This document shows positions 17,180 through 28,959 of a stretch of 40,858 nucleotides of DNA, one piece after another. A program made the position numbers and the translations under genes. The notes under the pieces were generated by a model that did no database searches, was not told the DNA's origin, and saw only the letters and a list, made by a program, of their open reading frames with translations. Position 1 is the stretch's first letter; each line of letters begins with the position of its first letter. The DNA is from Terriglobales bacterium (GTDB taxonomy: Bacteria > Acidobacteriota > Terriglobia > Terriglobales > Acidobacteriaceae): positions 1 to 40,858 of the forward strand of contig JBEKOS010000001.1 in assembly GCA_049521535.1 (NCBI GenBank), given 5' to 3'.

Positions 17180-18208
17180 TCACGATCGGTAAAGTGCGGT
17201 TTCGGCCGTGGGACGCCGGGTCATCAGTTCACGGATCGCTTCGCGTGGCGCCTTGCCTTGCTGCAGAATGGCGGCAACCTGTTCTGTGATAGGCATTTCA
17301 ACGCCAAGCTTGCGCGCCAAACCTATGGCGGCACGGGTGGTCAGAACTCCTTCTGCTACCATGCCGTGCATTCCCGCTATGATGTTGGGCAAAGTCTCAC
17401 CGCGGCCAAGCTCGACACCAACCGTGCGATTGCGCGAGAGCCCGCCGGTACAGGTGAGCACGAGATCACCAACCCCTGCCAGTCCGGCGATGGTTTCGGG
17501 GCGTGCACCGGCCGCAACGGCTAAACGGCTGATCTCTGCCAGACCGCGCGTAATCAGCGCGGCAATGGTGTTGTGCCCGAGTCCCAGCCCATCACAAACA
17601 CCGGCGGCGATGGCAATGATGTTCTTGAGGGCGCCACCCATTTCCACGCCCACAATGTCATCATTCGTATAGACCCGAAAACGAGGCTCACTGAACTCCT
17701 GTTGAACGGCGCAAGCAAGTTCGGTATCGCGCGAGCCGATGGCTACCGCCGTGGGGTCGCCCCGGGCAACTTCTTTGGCGAAAGAAGGACCGCTAAGTGC
17801 GCCGATGCGCGGGCTGAAATTGGAATCCTCGCGTACTACGCTGGTGATTACCTCATCCATGCGCAGGAGCGTGTCAGTTTCGATTCCCTTGCTGGCGCTG
17901 ACGAAGAGCATTTCTTCGTGCAGGTACGGTGCCATCTGTTGAAAGAGCCGGCGGCAATGGTGGGAGGGCATCACGCTTACCACAATCTGTACTCCGGCCA
18001 AAGCCTCTGCCAGGCTATTCGTCGCGAGCACCGCCTCGCCTATCTCGAAGCCTGGTAAAAAAACATCATTGACGTGATGGTTGGCAATCGCATCGCAAAC
18101 TTCGCGTTCGAACGCCCACAAGCGCACGCGATGCGTTCCTTTGCGGCCCAGCACAATGGCGATAGCCGTTCCCCAGGCGCCGGCACCGATGACGGCTATC
18201 TCGCTCAT
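17180..18208 (-). CDS. gpsA: NAD(P)H-dependent glycerol-3-phosphate dehydrogenase
   Basis: MSEIAVIGAGAWGTAIA Rossmann start at 18208, which overlaps the plsY stop by 4 nt. The upstream 113 codons of ORF 17180..18547 are a non-coding extension lying within plsY. Confidence 0.92.
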   Translation of the reverse strand: MSEIAVIGAGAWGTAIAIVLGRKGTHRVRLWAFEREVCDAIANHHVNDVFLPGFEIGEAVLATNSLAEALAGVQIVVSVMPSHHCRRLFQQMAPYLHEEMLFVSASKGIETDTLLRMDEVITSVVREDSNFSPRIGALSGPSFAKEVARGDPTAVAIGSRDTELACAVQQEFSEPRFRVYTNDDIVGVEMGGALKNIIAIAAGVCDGLGLGHNTIAALITRGLAEISRLAVAAGARPETIAGLAGVGDLVLTCTGGLSRNRTVGVELGRGETLPNIIAGMHGMVAEGVLTTRAAIGLARKLGVEMPITEQVAAILQQGKAPREAIRELMTRRPTAETALYRS

Positions 18209-18807
18209 CGCTTGTAGAACTCGAGCCGGTGCTCGGTGCCGCTGAGCAACCGACGGATGTTGGTGTGGTGCTTGGCAATGATGACGATCGCGGCGCCGTA
18301 CATGAAGGGAAGCGCAAGCGGATCCTTGTGGTATAGAAACAACGAGGCGATGACTGGAAATGCCGCGGCGGCCACGATGGAGCCTAAAGACACATAGCGA
18401 AAAACGGCGACCAGGCCGACGAAAATTACCAGCACGATCAGAACCGCTTTTGGCGCCAGAGCGAGAAATGATCCAACGCCAGTGGCTACGCCTTTTCCAC
18501 CCTTGAATTTCAGCCACACTGGAAAAACGTGACCCAGGATGGCGCATATGGCGGCGAGCGATGCCAATTCCGGCGAATGCGTGAAGTGACGAGCCAGCAG
18601 GACTGCCGCAGATCCTTTGGCGGCGTCCAGGAGCAAGGTCGTTACTCCGAGGCCTTTTGAGCCAGTGCGCATGACGTTCGTCGCGCCGATATTACCGCTA
18701 CCTATTTCGCGAATGTCTGTGCCCAGGAACAGACGGGTTAGGATCAGGCCGAATGGAATCGATCCCAGCAGATACGAAAGCGCCGCTACAGTCAAAAATT
18801 GCGCCAT
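18205..18807 (-). CDS. plsY: glycerol-3-phosphate acyltransferase PlsY
   Basis: 200-aa membrane protein with YLLGSIPFG and GSGNIGATNV motifs, in the conserved plsY-gpsA arrangement. Confidence 0.92.
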   Translation of the reverse strand: MAQFLTVAALSYLLGSIPFGLILTRLFLGTDIREIGSGNIGATNVMRTGSKGLGVTTLLLDAAKGSAAVLLARHFTHSPELASLAAICAILGHVFPVWLKFKGGKGVATGVGSFLALAPKAVLIVLVIFVGLVAVFRYVSLGSIVAAAAFPVIASLFLYHKDPLALPFMYGAAIVIIAKHHTNIRRLLSGTEHRLEFYKR

Positions 18808-18829
18808 GAAAGGTAAATTCTAACAGTCG

Positions 18830-19462
18830 TCAGTCGCGGGCGACCAATAGGTAGTCGAGCGTGAGAGGAAATCTTGCCAGCTTCGTGTAATGCGCGCCCG
18901 AGGATGAGAGATTGCTTTCATATAGAAAGAAATTTTCGGCGGTCATAACGCCGAATTCAGTCGCCGGCAATTGCCCGAGTCGTTCCTGAAGTCGTGCGAA
19001 GCTACGGTTTGGCTTATCGCCTGGTAGCGGTCGCGGATTCCCGGAGCCGCCGCTAGGATGGCGAGAGTCCCCGCCACGAGCAAGCGTCAGATGTGGCGAA
19101 AACCCGCGCTCTTCACCCGGCAGTCCCAATGCCGCAAGCGCTTCGTCCACGCGGTTGGCCAGGGCGGGTAGACCTGCATCTGCTTCGACTCCTACGCAAA
19201 AAACGCGCGGCCTGCCCGGGTTAGGGAAAAACCCTGTACCGCGAAATTTGAGGTTGGGCGGAGTGCCACGCACGATAGCTAGCACCCGCTTGATCTCCTC
19301 AATTCTCGGCGGAGATTGCTCGCCAATGAATTTGAGAGTTATGTGCAAACTTTCTGCGCTGACCCAACGTGCCGAAGGTGCGAAACTGCGAATTTCCGAG
19401 ATGAATTGAGAGATGCGCTCCCGAATTCCCGAGTCAATATCCAAGGCAACAAAAAGACGCAT
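18830..19462 (-). CDS. thpR: RNA 2',3'-cyclic phosphodiesterase (2H family, ThpR/LigT)
   Basis: MRLFVALDI start and two HxTx motifs (HITL, HLTL). Confidence 0.85.
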   Translation of the reverse strand: MRLFVALDIDSGIRERISQFISEIRSFAPSARWVSAESLHITLKFIGEQSPPRIEEIKRVLAIVRGTPPNLKFRGTGFFPNPGRPRVFCVGVEADAGLPALANRVDEALAALGLPGEERGFSPHLTLARGGDSRHPSGGSGNPRPLPGDKPNRSFARLQERLGQLPATEFGVMTAENFFLYESNLSSSGAHYTKLARFPLTLDYLLVARD

Positions 19463-19562
19463 AGAAGCAGTGACTCGTCAATCTCAAGTCGTCGCCAATC
19501 AGAGGTTACAGCCATTCGCACGCCGGTGAACTGGCGCCTGGCGACTGACAACTGGCTATTTC

Positions 19563-20807
19563 CTACATCAATCGCCGCCGGATCATGTCCAGCGCCTGCT
19601 CGCTGGCCCACTGGCGGATGCGGGCCCTGTCGCCGAAAAATTTGCGTTCAATGACTTCAGTCTTCTTGCCGTCGTGCAACGCGTGGTACACGAGTCCTAC
19701 CGGCTTTTCTAGAGTGCCGCCGCCGGGGCCCGCGATGCCCGTTATCGCGACGCCGAGCGTTGCATCGCAATCGTGCCGGATTCCTTCTGCCATGGCCGCC
19801 GCAACCTCGCGCGATACCGCGCCGTGAGCTTCGATCATCAGCGGTGGAACGCTAGTGAACAGAGTCTTCAATTCGTTGTGATAGGTGACCACACCGCCAA
19901 GATAATAGCGTGAGCTGCCGCTTACGGAGGTAATGCGCTGCGCCAGCAGCCCGCCGGTGCAGGATTCCGCCGTCACAAGCGTCGCTTGCCGCATTTGCAG
20001 ATAGTAGCCCACTACCTGTTCCAAAGTCTCGCCACGATTGGAAATAACCCAGTCGCCCAATTCTTCTTCGATCCGGTCCGCGAGTTCATCGACACGTGCC
20101 TGCGCTTCCTCCGGTGTTTCGGAGCGCGTGCGCAAGTGCAGTTCGATATCGCCGGCGCCAGCCAATATCGTGGTTTCCACATCGTGAAAGGTCTGATAAA
20201 TTGGCGCTAGGCGGGCGTCGCAGGCGGATTCGCCCATCATGCCGATCCGCAACATTCGCGTGGCAACAAAAGCTGCCGGCACCTTGTTCCGCAAGCGTTC
20301 GAGGCATTCGCGCTCGAACATTTTTTCCAATTCCCACGGCGGGCCAGGCAGCAAGATCACAATTCGCGGGTGACCCTCAAACAGCGTGTCGATCCACTGT
20401 CCGGGCGCGCTTCCCACCGGATTGGCGAGCACAAGCGGACTGCCTACCAGGTCTGCCTGCCGGTCGTTATTGGGAGTTACTTTCAATTGGCGCTCGGCGA
20501 AACGGGCGTAAAGCCTGGCAATAAGCTCCGGGTCACGACGAATCTCGAGGCCTAGAGCTGCCGCCACCGCTTCACGAGTAAGGTCGTCTTCCGTCGGGCC
20601 CAGGCCGCCGCTAAGGACCAGCAGATCCGAGCGCCATAACGCAGCGCGAATCGCATCGCGGATTGATTCCAGAGCGTCACCAACGATGGTTTTGCACCTT
20701 ACCTCAATACCGAGGTCGTTCAGTTGTCGAGTAAGATAGAGGGAGTTGGTATCCAGACGGTACGGGGTGAGCATTTCCGAACCGATGGCGATGATTTCGG
20801 CGTTCAC
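19563..20807 (-). CDS. cinA: CinA family protein (MoCF-binding domain + nicotinamide-nucleotide amidase PncC domain)
   Basis: MNAEIIAIGSEMLTPYRLDTNS N-terminus, C-terminal TAESCTGGLLA motif, 414 aa. Confidence 0.9.
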   Translation of the reverse strand: MNAEIIAIGSEMLTPYRLDTNSLYLTRQLNDLGIEVRCKTIVGDALESIRDAIRAALWRSDLLVLSGGLGPTEDDLTREAVAAALGLEIRRDPELIARLYARFAERQLKVTPNNDRQADLVGSPLVLANPVGSAPGQWIDTLFEGHPRIVILLPGPPWELEKMFERECLERLRNKVPAAFVATRMLRIGMMGESACDARLAPIYQTFHDVETTILAGAGDIELHLRTRSETPEEAQARVDELADRIEEELGDWVISNRGETLEQVVGYYLQMRQATLVTAESCTGGLLAQRITSVSGSSRYYLGGVVTYHNELKTLFTSVPPLMIEAHGAVSREVAAAMAEGIRHDCDATLGVAITGIAGPGGGTLEKPVGLVYHALHDGKKTEVIERKFFGDRARIRQWASEQALDMIRRRLM

Positions 20808-20966
20808 AGTTCTAGTCTCAAGGTTACGGCACTGAGTTGCAAGTTGGACTCTATCGGTGCAGACTTCGGCGGCTGAACGCGGAACAGAAAGAATTCCCAG
20901 CCGGTCGAAGCATTCGAAATTACGTAGTCGGGATTCTCAGGTTTGGTAGCTCTCGATGGCCGATGA

Positions 20967-22040
20967 CTAAGCCAGAACCCGCCCCTGGACATCCCACGTA
21001 AGATGGTGCACCGCGTTCGTCGTAGCCGCAGATCGTCCATCGCCACTCTGCGGAACCGACGTAGCCAGCACCACCGAACGCCCTGGAGCAAATGCGAGAC
21101 CGACAACATTGTGGCCGGCAATAGCGAGCGAAGCCTTGCCGTCCGGCGAGATTTTGACGATACCGCGGCGACCGGCAAGGGAGGCTGCGACATAGAGATT
21201 GCCGCTGGTGTCAAACGCGAGCCCCTGAGGGCGTCCCAAGCCTCGGTAGAAAACCGAGGCCTCGCCTTGTGGGCTTATGCGATGCACAGCCTCGAAACTG
21301 GAAGTAGTTGGTCCGGTAACATACAAATTCCCCCCGGGTCCAAACGCCAGGTGATAAGCGGAGACACTGGGTTCCAGAGTGGCAAAAACGAAAATCTGCC
21401 GGTCACGCGCGATCTTGAAGACGGTACCGCTGCGATCACCAACATATAGGTTTTCTTCGCCGTCAAATGCTATGCCAGTAGCCACTCCCAAACCCTGAGC
21501 ATAGGCCGACAAAGTGCCATTGGGACTCACGCGATAAACGGTTCCGTCAAAACGCGAGGAAACATACAATTGCCCGGCGCGATCGAAGGCCATTCCAGTT
21601 GCATTCATCAATTCCGTCACGAACGGCTTGACGTTATAGTTGGTATCTATCTTGAAGATCGATACCTGAACCTTTTGTCCGCGCGGACCGGAAAAAGTAG
21701 CGTAGATATTGCCTTCCCGATCGATGACCGGGTTCCCCACAGAATGCAGGTTCTCCGCCACCGGCACCGAAATCTGTATTTCGCACGAGTTGCTTGCGTT
21801 TCCATCGGTGGAAATCACAAGTGGGCCGCTGCTGGCGCCTTCCGGTACCTTTACGATCAGGAAGTGGTCAGCGCTGACCAGGACGGCGCCTTCAAGGTTT
21901 CCGAATCGAACCTGAGGGCGTCGCAGGCCGGCAGGGCGGAGTTGGCTGCCGACAATGCGAATCTCGCCTCCTGGCAACGAAGCCGTTGGATCAACAGCCT
22001 GGATCTGCGGTCTTCCGTTTACGTGTTTCTTGCCTAGCAA
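20967..22040 (-). CDS. IPT/TIG domain + NHL/SGL-type six-bladed beta-propeller repeat protein
   Basis: An N-terminal ~90-aa Ig-like segment is followed by repeated G.A.D..GNLYV-type blades (AFDRAGQLYVS, AFDGEENLYVGD, GPGGNLYVTG, AFDTSGNLYVA). Apparent TTG start and no signal peptide seen. Confidence 0.7.
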   Translation of the reverse strand: MLGKKHVNGRPQIQAVDPTASLPGGEIRIVGSQLRPAGLRRPQVRFGNLEGAVLVSADHFLIVKVPEGASSGPLVISTDGNASNSCEIQISVPVAENLHSVGNPVIDREGNIYATFSGPRGQKVQVSIFKIDTNYNVKPFVTELMNATGMAFDRAGQLYVSSRFDGTVYRVSPNGTLSAYAQGLGVATGIAFDGEENLYVGDRSGTVFKIARDRQIFVFATLEPSVSAYHLAFGPGGNLYVTGPTTSSFEAVHRISPQGEASVFYRGLGRPQGLAFDTSGNLYVAASLAGRRGIVKISPDGKASLAIAGHNVVGLAFAPGRSVVLATSVPQSGDGRSAATTNAVHHLTWDVQGRVLA

Positions 22041-22131
22041 TACGAAACCTCGGTTCCCGTTGGATTTGTCAATGCTCGCTGCAACTTCCGTTTGAAGACA
22101 GGTCCATGAATATTCTGGATGCTCAACAAAA

Positions 22132-22647
22132 CTACCTCAGTATGCCGAAATGTAAGAGCAGGTGCATCGCCACCAGCGCAAGCAATCCGGCGCCAATGTC
22201 GTCCAGCATGATTCCAGTTCCGCCTGGAATGCGTTCCAGCCTTCTTAACGGCGGAGGTTTCACGATGTCGAAGACACGAAAAAGTATAAAGGCCGCGAGC
22301 ACCGGTTTCCATTGCAGTGGAATGGCAACGAAAGCCAGCATCTGTCCGGAAAATTCGTCAATCACGACAAAAGCGGGGTCGAGATCGCCCTTCTCTTGGG
22401 CCACTCGCGTTGCTGCGGGAATGCCCACTGCCAGAGTAATCATGGATGCAGCAAATGCGACCATCGGACGCCACTCTCCCGGTAGGAATCGCGCTCCATA
22501 CCACCAGAGGCCCAGTGCGGCGAGTGAACCCCATGTCCCCGGTCCCGGACGTAGAAAACCAGCCCCAAAGAAAGTAGCCACCATCCACGCCCAATGAGGA
22601 GCGCGCGGCGATCCGGAAGGAGGCACTTCGCGAGTTTCTGGCGTCAT
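22132..22647 (-). CDS. pgpA: phosphatidylglycerophosphatase A
   Basis: PGPGTWGSLAAL, FRVFDIVKPPP and LDDIGAG motifs, 171 aa. Confidence 0.85.
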   Translation of the reverse strand: MTPETREVPPSGSPRAPHWAWMVATFFGAGFLRPGPGTWGSLAALGLWWYGARFLPGEWRPMVAFAASMITLAVGIPAATRVAQEKGDLDPAFVVIDEFSGQMLAFVAIPLQWKPVLAAFILFRVFDIVKPPPLRRLERIPGGTGIMLDDIGAGLLALVAMHLLLHFGILR

Positions 22648-22856
22648 CGGAACCTCTCCGAATCATCCTCATACTCAATTTTCCGGACACTGTCCTCATC
22701 ACTGGGATCTAAGGGCGACGACACGATATAGCGGCTGCTGGCCCAGTTCCCGAGGTCAATCGTCCGGCAGCGTCGGCTGCAAAACGGAAACTCAGGGTCT
22801 TTTCTCCCCACGAGCTTACCGCACGTGGGGCAACGAATAATCGCGTTTTGGTTCAT
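22644..22856 (-). CDS. yacG: DNA gyrase inhibitor YacG (zinc-binding)
   Basis: CPTCGK...FCSRRCRTIDLGNWA matches the YacG Cys4 motif. ATG at 22856. There is a 4-nt overlap with pgpA. Confidence 0.8.
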   Translation of the reverse strand: MNQNAIIRCPTCGKLVGRKDPEFPFCSRRCRTIDLGNWASSRYIVSSPLDPSDEDSVRKIEYEDDSERFR

Positions 22857-22975
22857 CAAGCATCCATCTCTCACAGCCAGCAAACGGCTCAAGCCAGGAA
22901 AAAGGCAGCAAAGGCATTCCCAGACACTTCGTCGTTGCCCATTGGCTTACCGATGAGGGCTGAATGCTGACTGCT

Positions 22976-24457
22976 CTAAATCAGGCTTGCCACCAGGTCG
23001 TATTCGTGAGCCTCTTGTATACGGCAGCGATAAAATTGTCCGGGCTGAGGCGAATGCTGGCCAAAGTCGTTGATAAAGAGCTTCCCGTCGATTTCAGGCG
23101 CGTGCATCTCGGTCCGGCCCTCCCACAGCAAATCCGTTTCGGACGATGGACCTTCGAGAACTACCTCCCATTCACTACCGAGCAGTGCTTTTTTCTTACG
23201 GGCGCTGATCCGTCTCTGCACGTCCATTAGCTTTCGCCTTCGACTTTCAATCTTCCTCCGCGGGACCTTTCCAGCCAGGGTGTAGCCGCTGGATCCTTCT
23301 TCGTCGGAATATGCAAACACGCCCATCCAGTCAAACTCTGCCGCCTTTACAAATTCGCAAAGCTCGGCAAATTCGTCTTCAGTTTCCCCGGGGAAGCCCA
23401 CAATGAAGGATGTCCGCAACGTGAGGCCGGGAATGGTGCGACGCATCTTCTCGATGGATTGCAGGTATAGACCTGCGCCTCCTCCGCGCTTCATGCGCCT
23501 GAGAATTGCAGGAGAAGCATGTTGCAACGGTACATCGATGTAGGAACAAATCTTTTGGTGCTGCGCAATCGTATCCAACAGTCGGCCCGTAATCTTGTTG
23601 GGGTATGCATACAGGAATCGCACCCAACGCAAGCCGCCAACTGCCGCCAGTCGATCCAGGAGCGAGGCTAATCCGTCCTTAAGGCCGAGGTCTTCGCCGT
23701 AGCAGGTTGTGTCCTGGCCAATCAGCGTTATCTCCTTCACGCCGGCCTGAGCAAGGCGCTCAGCTTCAGCTACCACGGATTCAAATCGCCGCGAACGGAA
23801 TTTGCCTCGGAGTTGCGGGATAATGCAAAACGAACAAGGATGGTCGCAGCCTTCAGCAATTTTTATATACGCGGAATGAGCCGGCGTAGCGAGCAGGCGC
23901 GGGGTATTCTCGTCGTAAAGATAGTTGGGCAGATCTGAGATGGCACCGCTCCAGTTTTCGCGGGAGAAGCGCCCTGACCGTTCTCGTGCACCGGCTTCCG
24001 GGCGCGAGTTCAGGATTGGGAACGGCGACGAGTCTTCTTTTGGAGGTTCACCCGCATTGACACCTGCAACAGCCAGAATTTGCTCTAATTCTCCTGTGCC
24101 GACTACAGCGTCCACTTCTGGAATTTCTCTTTGAATGTCGTTGCGGTAGCGCTCCACCATGCAGCCCGCAACGATCAGTTTTTGTGCTTGACCGGTCGTC
24201 TTATGGCGCGCCATCTCAAGAATCGTATTCACCGACTCCTGCCTTGCCGCGTCGATAAATGAACAGGTGTTTACGACAATGATGTCTGCGTTTTCGGCGC
24301 TGGAGGTAATCTCTGCGCCGGAGCGAGCGAGTAATCCCATCATCACTTCGCTGTCCACTAGGTTCTTGGGGCAACCCAAGCTGACGAAGCCCACTTTCTT
24401 GGGCTTAGCCGCAGTAGTGGCGGTCGCGGAAACGATTACCGGGAAGTCTTCGGGCAT
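22976..24457 (-). CDS. rimO: ribosomal protein S12 methylthiotransferase RimO
   Basis: VGFVSLGCPKNLVDSE N-terminal cluster, radical-SAM CDHPCSFC, and a C-terminal TRAM domain. Confidence 0.88.
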   Translation of the reverse strand: MPEDFPVIVSATATTAAKPKKVGFVSLGCPKNLVDSEVMMGLLARSGAEITSSAENADIIVVNTCSFIDAARQESVNTILEMARHKTTGQAQKLIVAGCMVERYRNDIQREIPEVDAVVGTGELEQILAVAGVNAGEPPKEDSSPFPILNSRPEAGARERSGRFSRENWSGAISDLPNYLYDENTPRLLATPAHSAYIKIAEGCDHPCSFCIIPQLRGKFRSRRFESVVAEAERLAQAGVKEITLIGQDTTCYGEDLGLKDGLASLLDRLAAVGGLRWVRFLYAYPNKITGRLLDTIAQHQKICSYIDVPLQHASPAILRRMKRGGGAGLYLQSIEKMRRTIPGLTLRTSFIVGFPGETEDEFAELCEFVKAAEFDWMGVFAYSDEEGSSGYTLAGKVPRRKIESRRRKLMDVQRRISARKKKALLGSEWEVVLEGPSSETDLLWEGRTEMHAPEIDGKLFINDFGQHSPQPGQFYRCRIQEAHEYDLVASLI

Positions 24458-24497
24458 TCAGTGCCTTGATTTTATCAGGACGAGAAGGAGCCAAGGG

Positions 24498-24935
24498 CTA
24501 CAAGCCGGCGCCTGCAGGTTTTGAGTCATGGCCCATCGTATCAGGGTCATGCTCAGCCCGGAACCAGTCCCGTCCGGGCCTGGTAAACAGCAAAGCGAGG
24601 GCCGCGCATTGAAAAACAACTCCTGCAATTTCCAGCGCTGCCACGCCAGGCCATTGAAAAAAATCCGTTTTTACCATTGACGAATAGGGAAGGAGACCCG
24701 CAATAAAGCAGGCAAGAAACGCAAAGCGGGCCCAATTTCGGCCTTGACCAACCTTCCAGAACAGCAACGCCGAAAGCAGTAGGGTCAAATCAATTGCGAC
24801 GTCGGAGTCACCGAGGACAAAGGAGCCTAAACTTCGGAGATGGGTGCGTTCAAAGACAGATTTTACCGGACTTGCCGCGATGCTCAACCACATTAGAGCG
24901 ACCGCCAGCTTGACCTGAAAAGGCTTGATTCTCAT
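24498..24935 (-). CDS. hypothetical small membrane protein (~4 TM)
   Basis: 145 aa with four hydrophobic segments, co-directional and tightly packed with its neighbours. No family recognised. Confidence 0.55.
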   Translation of the reverse strand: MRIKPFQVKLAVALMWLSIAASPVKSVFERTHLRSLGSFVLGDSDVAIDLTLLLSALLFWKVGQGRNWARFAFLACFIAGLLPYSSMVKTDFFQWPGVAALEIAGVVFQCAALALLFTRPGRDWFRAEHDPDTMGHDSKPAGAGL

Positions 24936-24987
24936 CGAAATCTAAGTGTACCAAGGCTGAATCCAGCCACCTAACGAATCTGCTGGA

Positions 24988-25875
24988 TCATGGCAAGTCG
25001 AGATAGCTGATCAGCTCAATCCCTTGCTGCTCAATTATTTTCCGAGCAGCGGACGAGGTAAGCACCTCACGTTCGCGCACACGCGAATCTCGCAAGCGCG
25101 TCTTCACGGTGGCTAAGGCGGCGTCATTGTAGCCGGGATGGCAGCAAAACTCCCATGTGCCCTCCGGAATGCATCCGATAATAGCCGCGAAAAGTCGCAG
25201 ATCGAGCGCGCCCGTCGACACGATTCCAAACGTACCGTCGGTAGTTACCATTCCGTGGTCGGCGACGCACTGACGAAAGCCTGCTTCCCAACCCCGCAGG
25301 ATCTTGACTTCGGTGTAGCGTTTCCAGAGATGTGGACGCCGCATTAGGTGTGCGAAGGCTAGCGGCTTGACGGGCGCGAACGGGTTGCGTATGGACCGCA
25401 CTCCACAGGAGTGTGCGGATAGTAATAAGGGCTTGAGAATCGCGGGGTGTAGATGTACATGTTTGTGCGTATCGACGTGCGACAGGCGAACTCCAGCGGA
25501 CTGAAGCTTACGGAGCTGAGCTTCGGCTTCGGCGGCAATTTCAGAGGAATCCAGTCGCCGGATCGCCGCTGCGGACATGAGGTTGACGAGGCTGGAACGG
25601 AACGAGCCAGTACTGTTCGGGACCAACGTCTTTATGCTGTCCGACTGGAGTACCGGTTTGCCGTCTACGAGCACAACGTGGCAACCGATGGATGGCAAGG
25701 GCTTCCCTGCACTGAAGCTCGGACTGGACACTGCCGCTGCCGCGTCGACTGAGCAGGCGGCGTTTGCCATTAAAGTAGCAGAGGTGACAACGCCTTGAGT
25801 AAGACACTCGAAGATGCCGCGATTCACGCCTGCGGTAAGACCAAGGTCGTCCGCGTTAATGATGAGGCGACGCAC
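24988..25875 (-). CDS. YdjC/ChbG/HpnK-family carbohydrate deacetylase
   Basis: MRRLIINADDLGLTAGVNRGI...VTSATLM..GCHVVL, the characteristic YdjC N-terminus. Confidence 0.85.
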   Translation of the reverse strand: MRRLIINADDLGLTAGVNRGIFECLTQGVVTSATLMANAACSVDAAAAVSSPSFSAGKPLPSIGCHVVLVDGKPVLQSDSIKTLVPNSTGSFRSSLVNLMSAAAIRRLDSSEIAAEAEAQLRKLQSAGVRLSHVDTHKHVHLHPAILKPLLLSAHSCGVRSIRNPFAPVKPLAFAHLMRRPHLWKRYTEVKILRGWEAGFRQCVADHGMVTTDGTFGIVSTGALDLRLFAAIIGCIPEGTWEFCCHPGYNDAALATVKTRLRDSRVREREVLTSSAARKIIEQQGIELISYLDLP

Positions 25876-25978
25876 ATGAGCAGTTTAGGAGCAGCAAGCA
25901 GTGGGCAGCAAGCAAAGAACAGTAGCCAGCCACCAGTCGGCTTAATCGCTTGCCACTTGTTCCACGCTGGTTCCTGAA

Positions 25979-26371
25979 CTATCCTGCCTTTTCAATTGGC
26001 CCTTCATCTGTGGCGGGCGGGAGTTCAGTCTGTCCCAGACAGAGCTTGATTTTCTCGATCAAAGAAGGAAAGAGCTCGTCTTTTGCCACGCAGATCTTGA
26101 CGTGCCGCCCTCCGTCGACGGGGCCGTATCCGGTGACGAGGATAATCGGTACCTGGGGATTCTTGATATGAATTCTGCGAGCTAATTCGAGGCCGTCCAT
26201 GCCATCCATTTTCCAATCCGTCACCAGGATGTCAAATTTCTCCCGGTCGAATTTCTCGAGTGCCTCCGCAGCATTGTAGGCACTCACCGCGCGATAGCCT
26301 TGCGATCTCAGTATTGCGCAACTCAAGCGCGCCAATACCTCGTGATCGTCTACAAAAAGAACGGTTTTCAT
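25979..26371 (-). CDS. single-domain response regulator (CheY-like receiver)
   Basis: FVDDH acidic pocket, phospho-acceptor context ILVTDWKMDG, ILVTGY. There is no output domain. Confidence 0.85.
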   Translation of the reverse strand: MKTVLFVDDHEVLARLSCAILRSQGYRAVSAYNAAEALEKFDREKFDILVTDWKMDGMDGLELARRIHIKNPQVPIILVTGYGPVDGGRHVKICVAKDELFPSLIEKIKLCLGQTELPPATDEGPIEKAG

Positions 26372-26628
26372 GCATCTTCTCCCGCACCACTTAGGGCAAG
26401 TGTAACAAAGGCGATCTCCATCGGGCGATGAAACGACTCAACTCGGTTCGGACTGCCAACTCAGTTGCATTTGAACCCGCGCTAACGAACTGGCGCCGGC
26501 GCCTTTACTGGAGATTGGTGCCTATTTCGGCTTTCTCCAGCACTCGCCTAGCATCTAACTAACATCAATTAAATCATACAATTGAGCAGTTTTGGCACAA
26601 TCGCCTTGGAGATTTCTTGGGTGAGGAT

Positions 26629-26658
26629 TTGACAACCGTCGTGTAGCCGAAGTATATT
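26629..26658 (+). promoter_or_regulatory. sigma70-type promoter of groESL
   Basis: TTGACA (26629-26634), an 18-nt spacer, then TATATT (26653-26658). The -10 element overlaps CIRCE. Confidence 0.6.
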
Positions 26659-26683
26659 AGCACTCATAGGCAATGAGTGCTAA
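26657..26683. promoter_or_regulatory. CIRCE operator (HrcA binding site)
   Basis: Perfect TTAGCACTC-N9-GAGTGCTAA, 100 nt upstream of groES. Confidence 0.92.
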
Positions 26684-26783
26684 TAATCAAGTAAGGATGC
26701 CTCAGTCATACTCTCGGCAAGCAGCCGGGGTGCCTAATCTGGCTAGAGTAAATCACCTACTAATCTTGAAAGGAGCTTGATAC

Positions 26784-27101
26784 ATGTCAACGAAACTTAC
26801 TCCCCTGCATGATCGCATCGTGGTCCGCCGTGTTGCAGAGGAGGAAACCACGCGTGGCGGCCTGATCATTCCAGACACTGCCAAGGATAAACCTCAGGAA
26901 GGCGAGGTCGTCTCCATCGGCAAAGGCAAAATCACCGAAGATGGGAAAGTTCGCCCACTCGACGTAAAACCCGGGGATCGCATCCTGTTCGGAAAGTATT
27001 CCGGAACGGAAGTGAAGCTCGACGGGGAAGAATTGCTCATTATGCGCGAGGAAGAAGTCCTCGGCATCATTGAGTCGGCCAAGAAAGCTGCGGGCCGGTA
27101 A
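26784..27101 (+). CDS. groES: co-chaperonin GroES
   Basis: 105 aa, [12 protein letters not shown]...[10 protein letters not shown]. Confidence 0.97.
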   Translation: MSTKLTPLHDRIVVRRVAEEETTRGGLIIPDTAKDKPQEGEVVSIGKGKITEDGKVRPLDVKPGDRILFGKYSGTEVKLDGEELLIMREEEVLGIIESAKKAAGR

Positions 27102-27105
27102 TTAG

Positions 27106-28848
<1,743 letters not shown>

Positions 28849-28878
28849 GAACAGCAATAGGCAACAAGCAAGTAGCCC

Positions 28879-28914
28879 AAGCCCCGAAGAGAATTCGGGG
28901 CTTCGGCTTTTTTG
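28879..28914 (+). terminator. rho-independent terminator after groEL
   Basis: AAGCCCCGAA-loop-TTCGGGGCTT stem followed by CGGCTTTTTT. Confidence 0.8.
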
Positions 28915-28959
28915 CGCAAGGCAAGAAACTCGGAACGAAAACGTTGTATCCTTCGCTCT

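Noticed and set aside
18209-18547. 113-codon N-terminal extension of the gpsA ORF (455-aa version).
   Set aside because: The extension lies inside plsY in another frame and is Arg/His-rich junk. The Rossmann fold starts at the internal ATG at 18208, with the classic 4-nt plsY/gpsA overlap.
26593-26609. TGGCAC upstream of groES as a sigma54 -24 element.
   Set aside because: No GC dinucleotide occurs at the required +12 spacing (TGGCACAATCGCCTTGG). The sigma70 promoter plus CIRCE explains the region.
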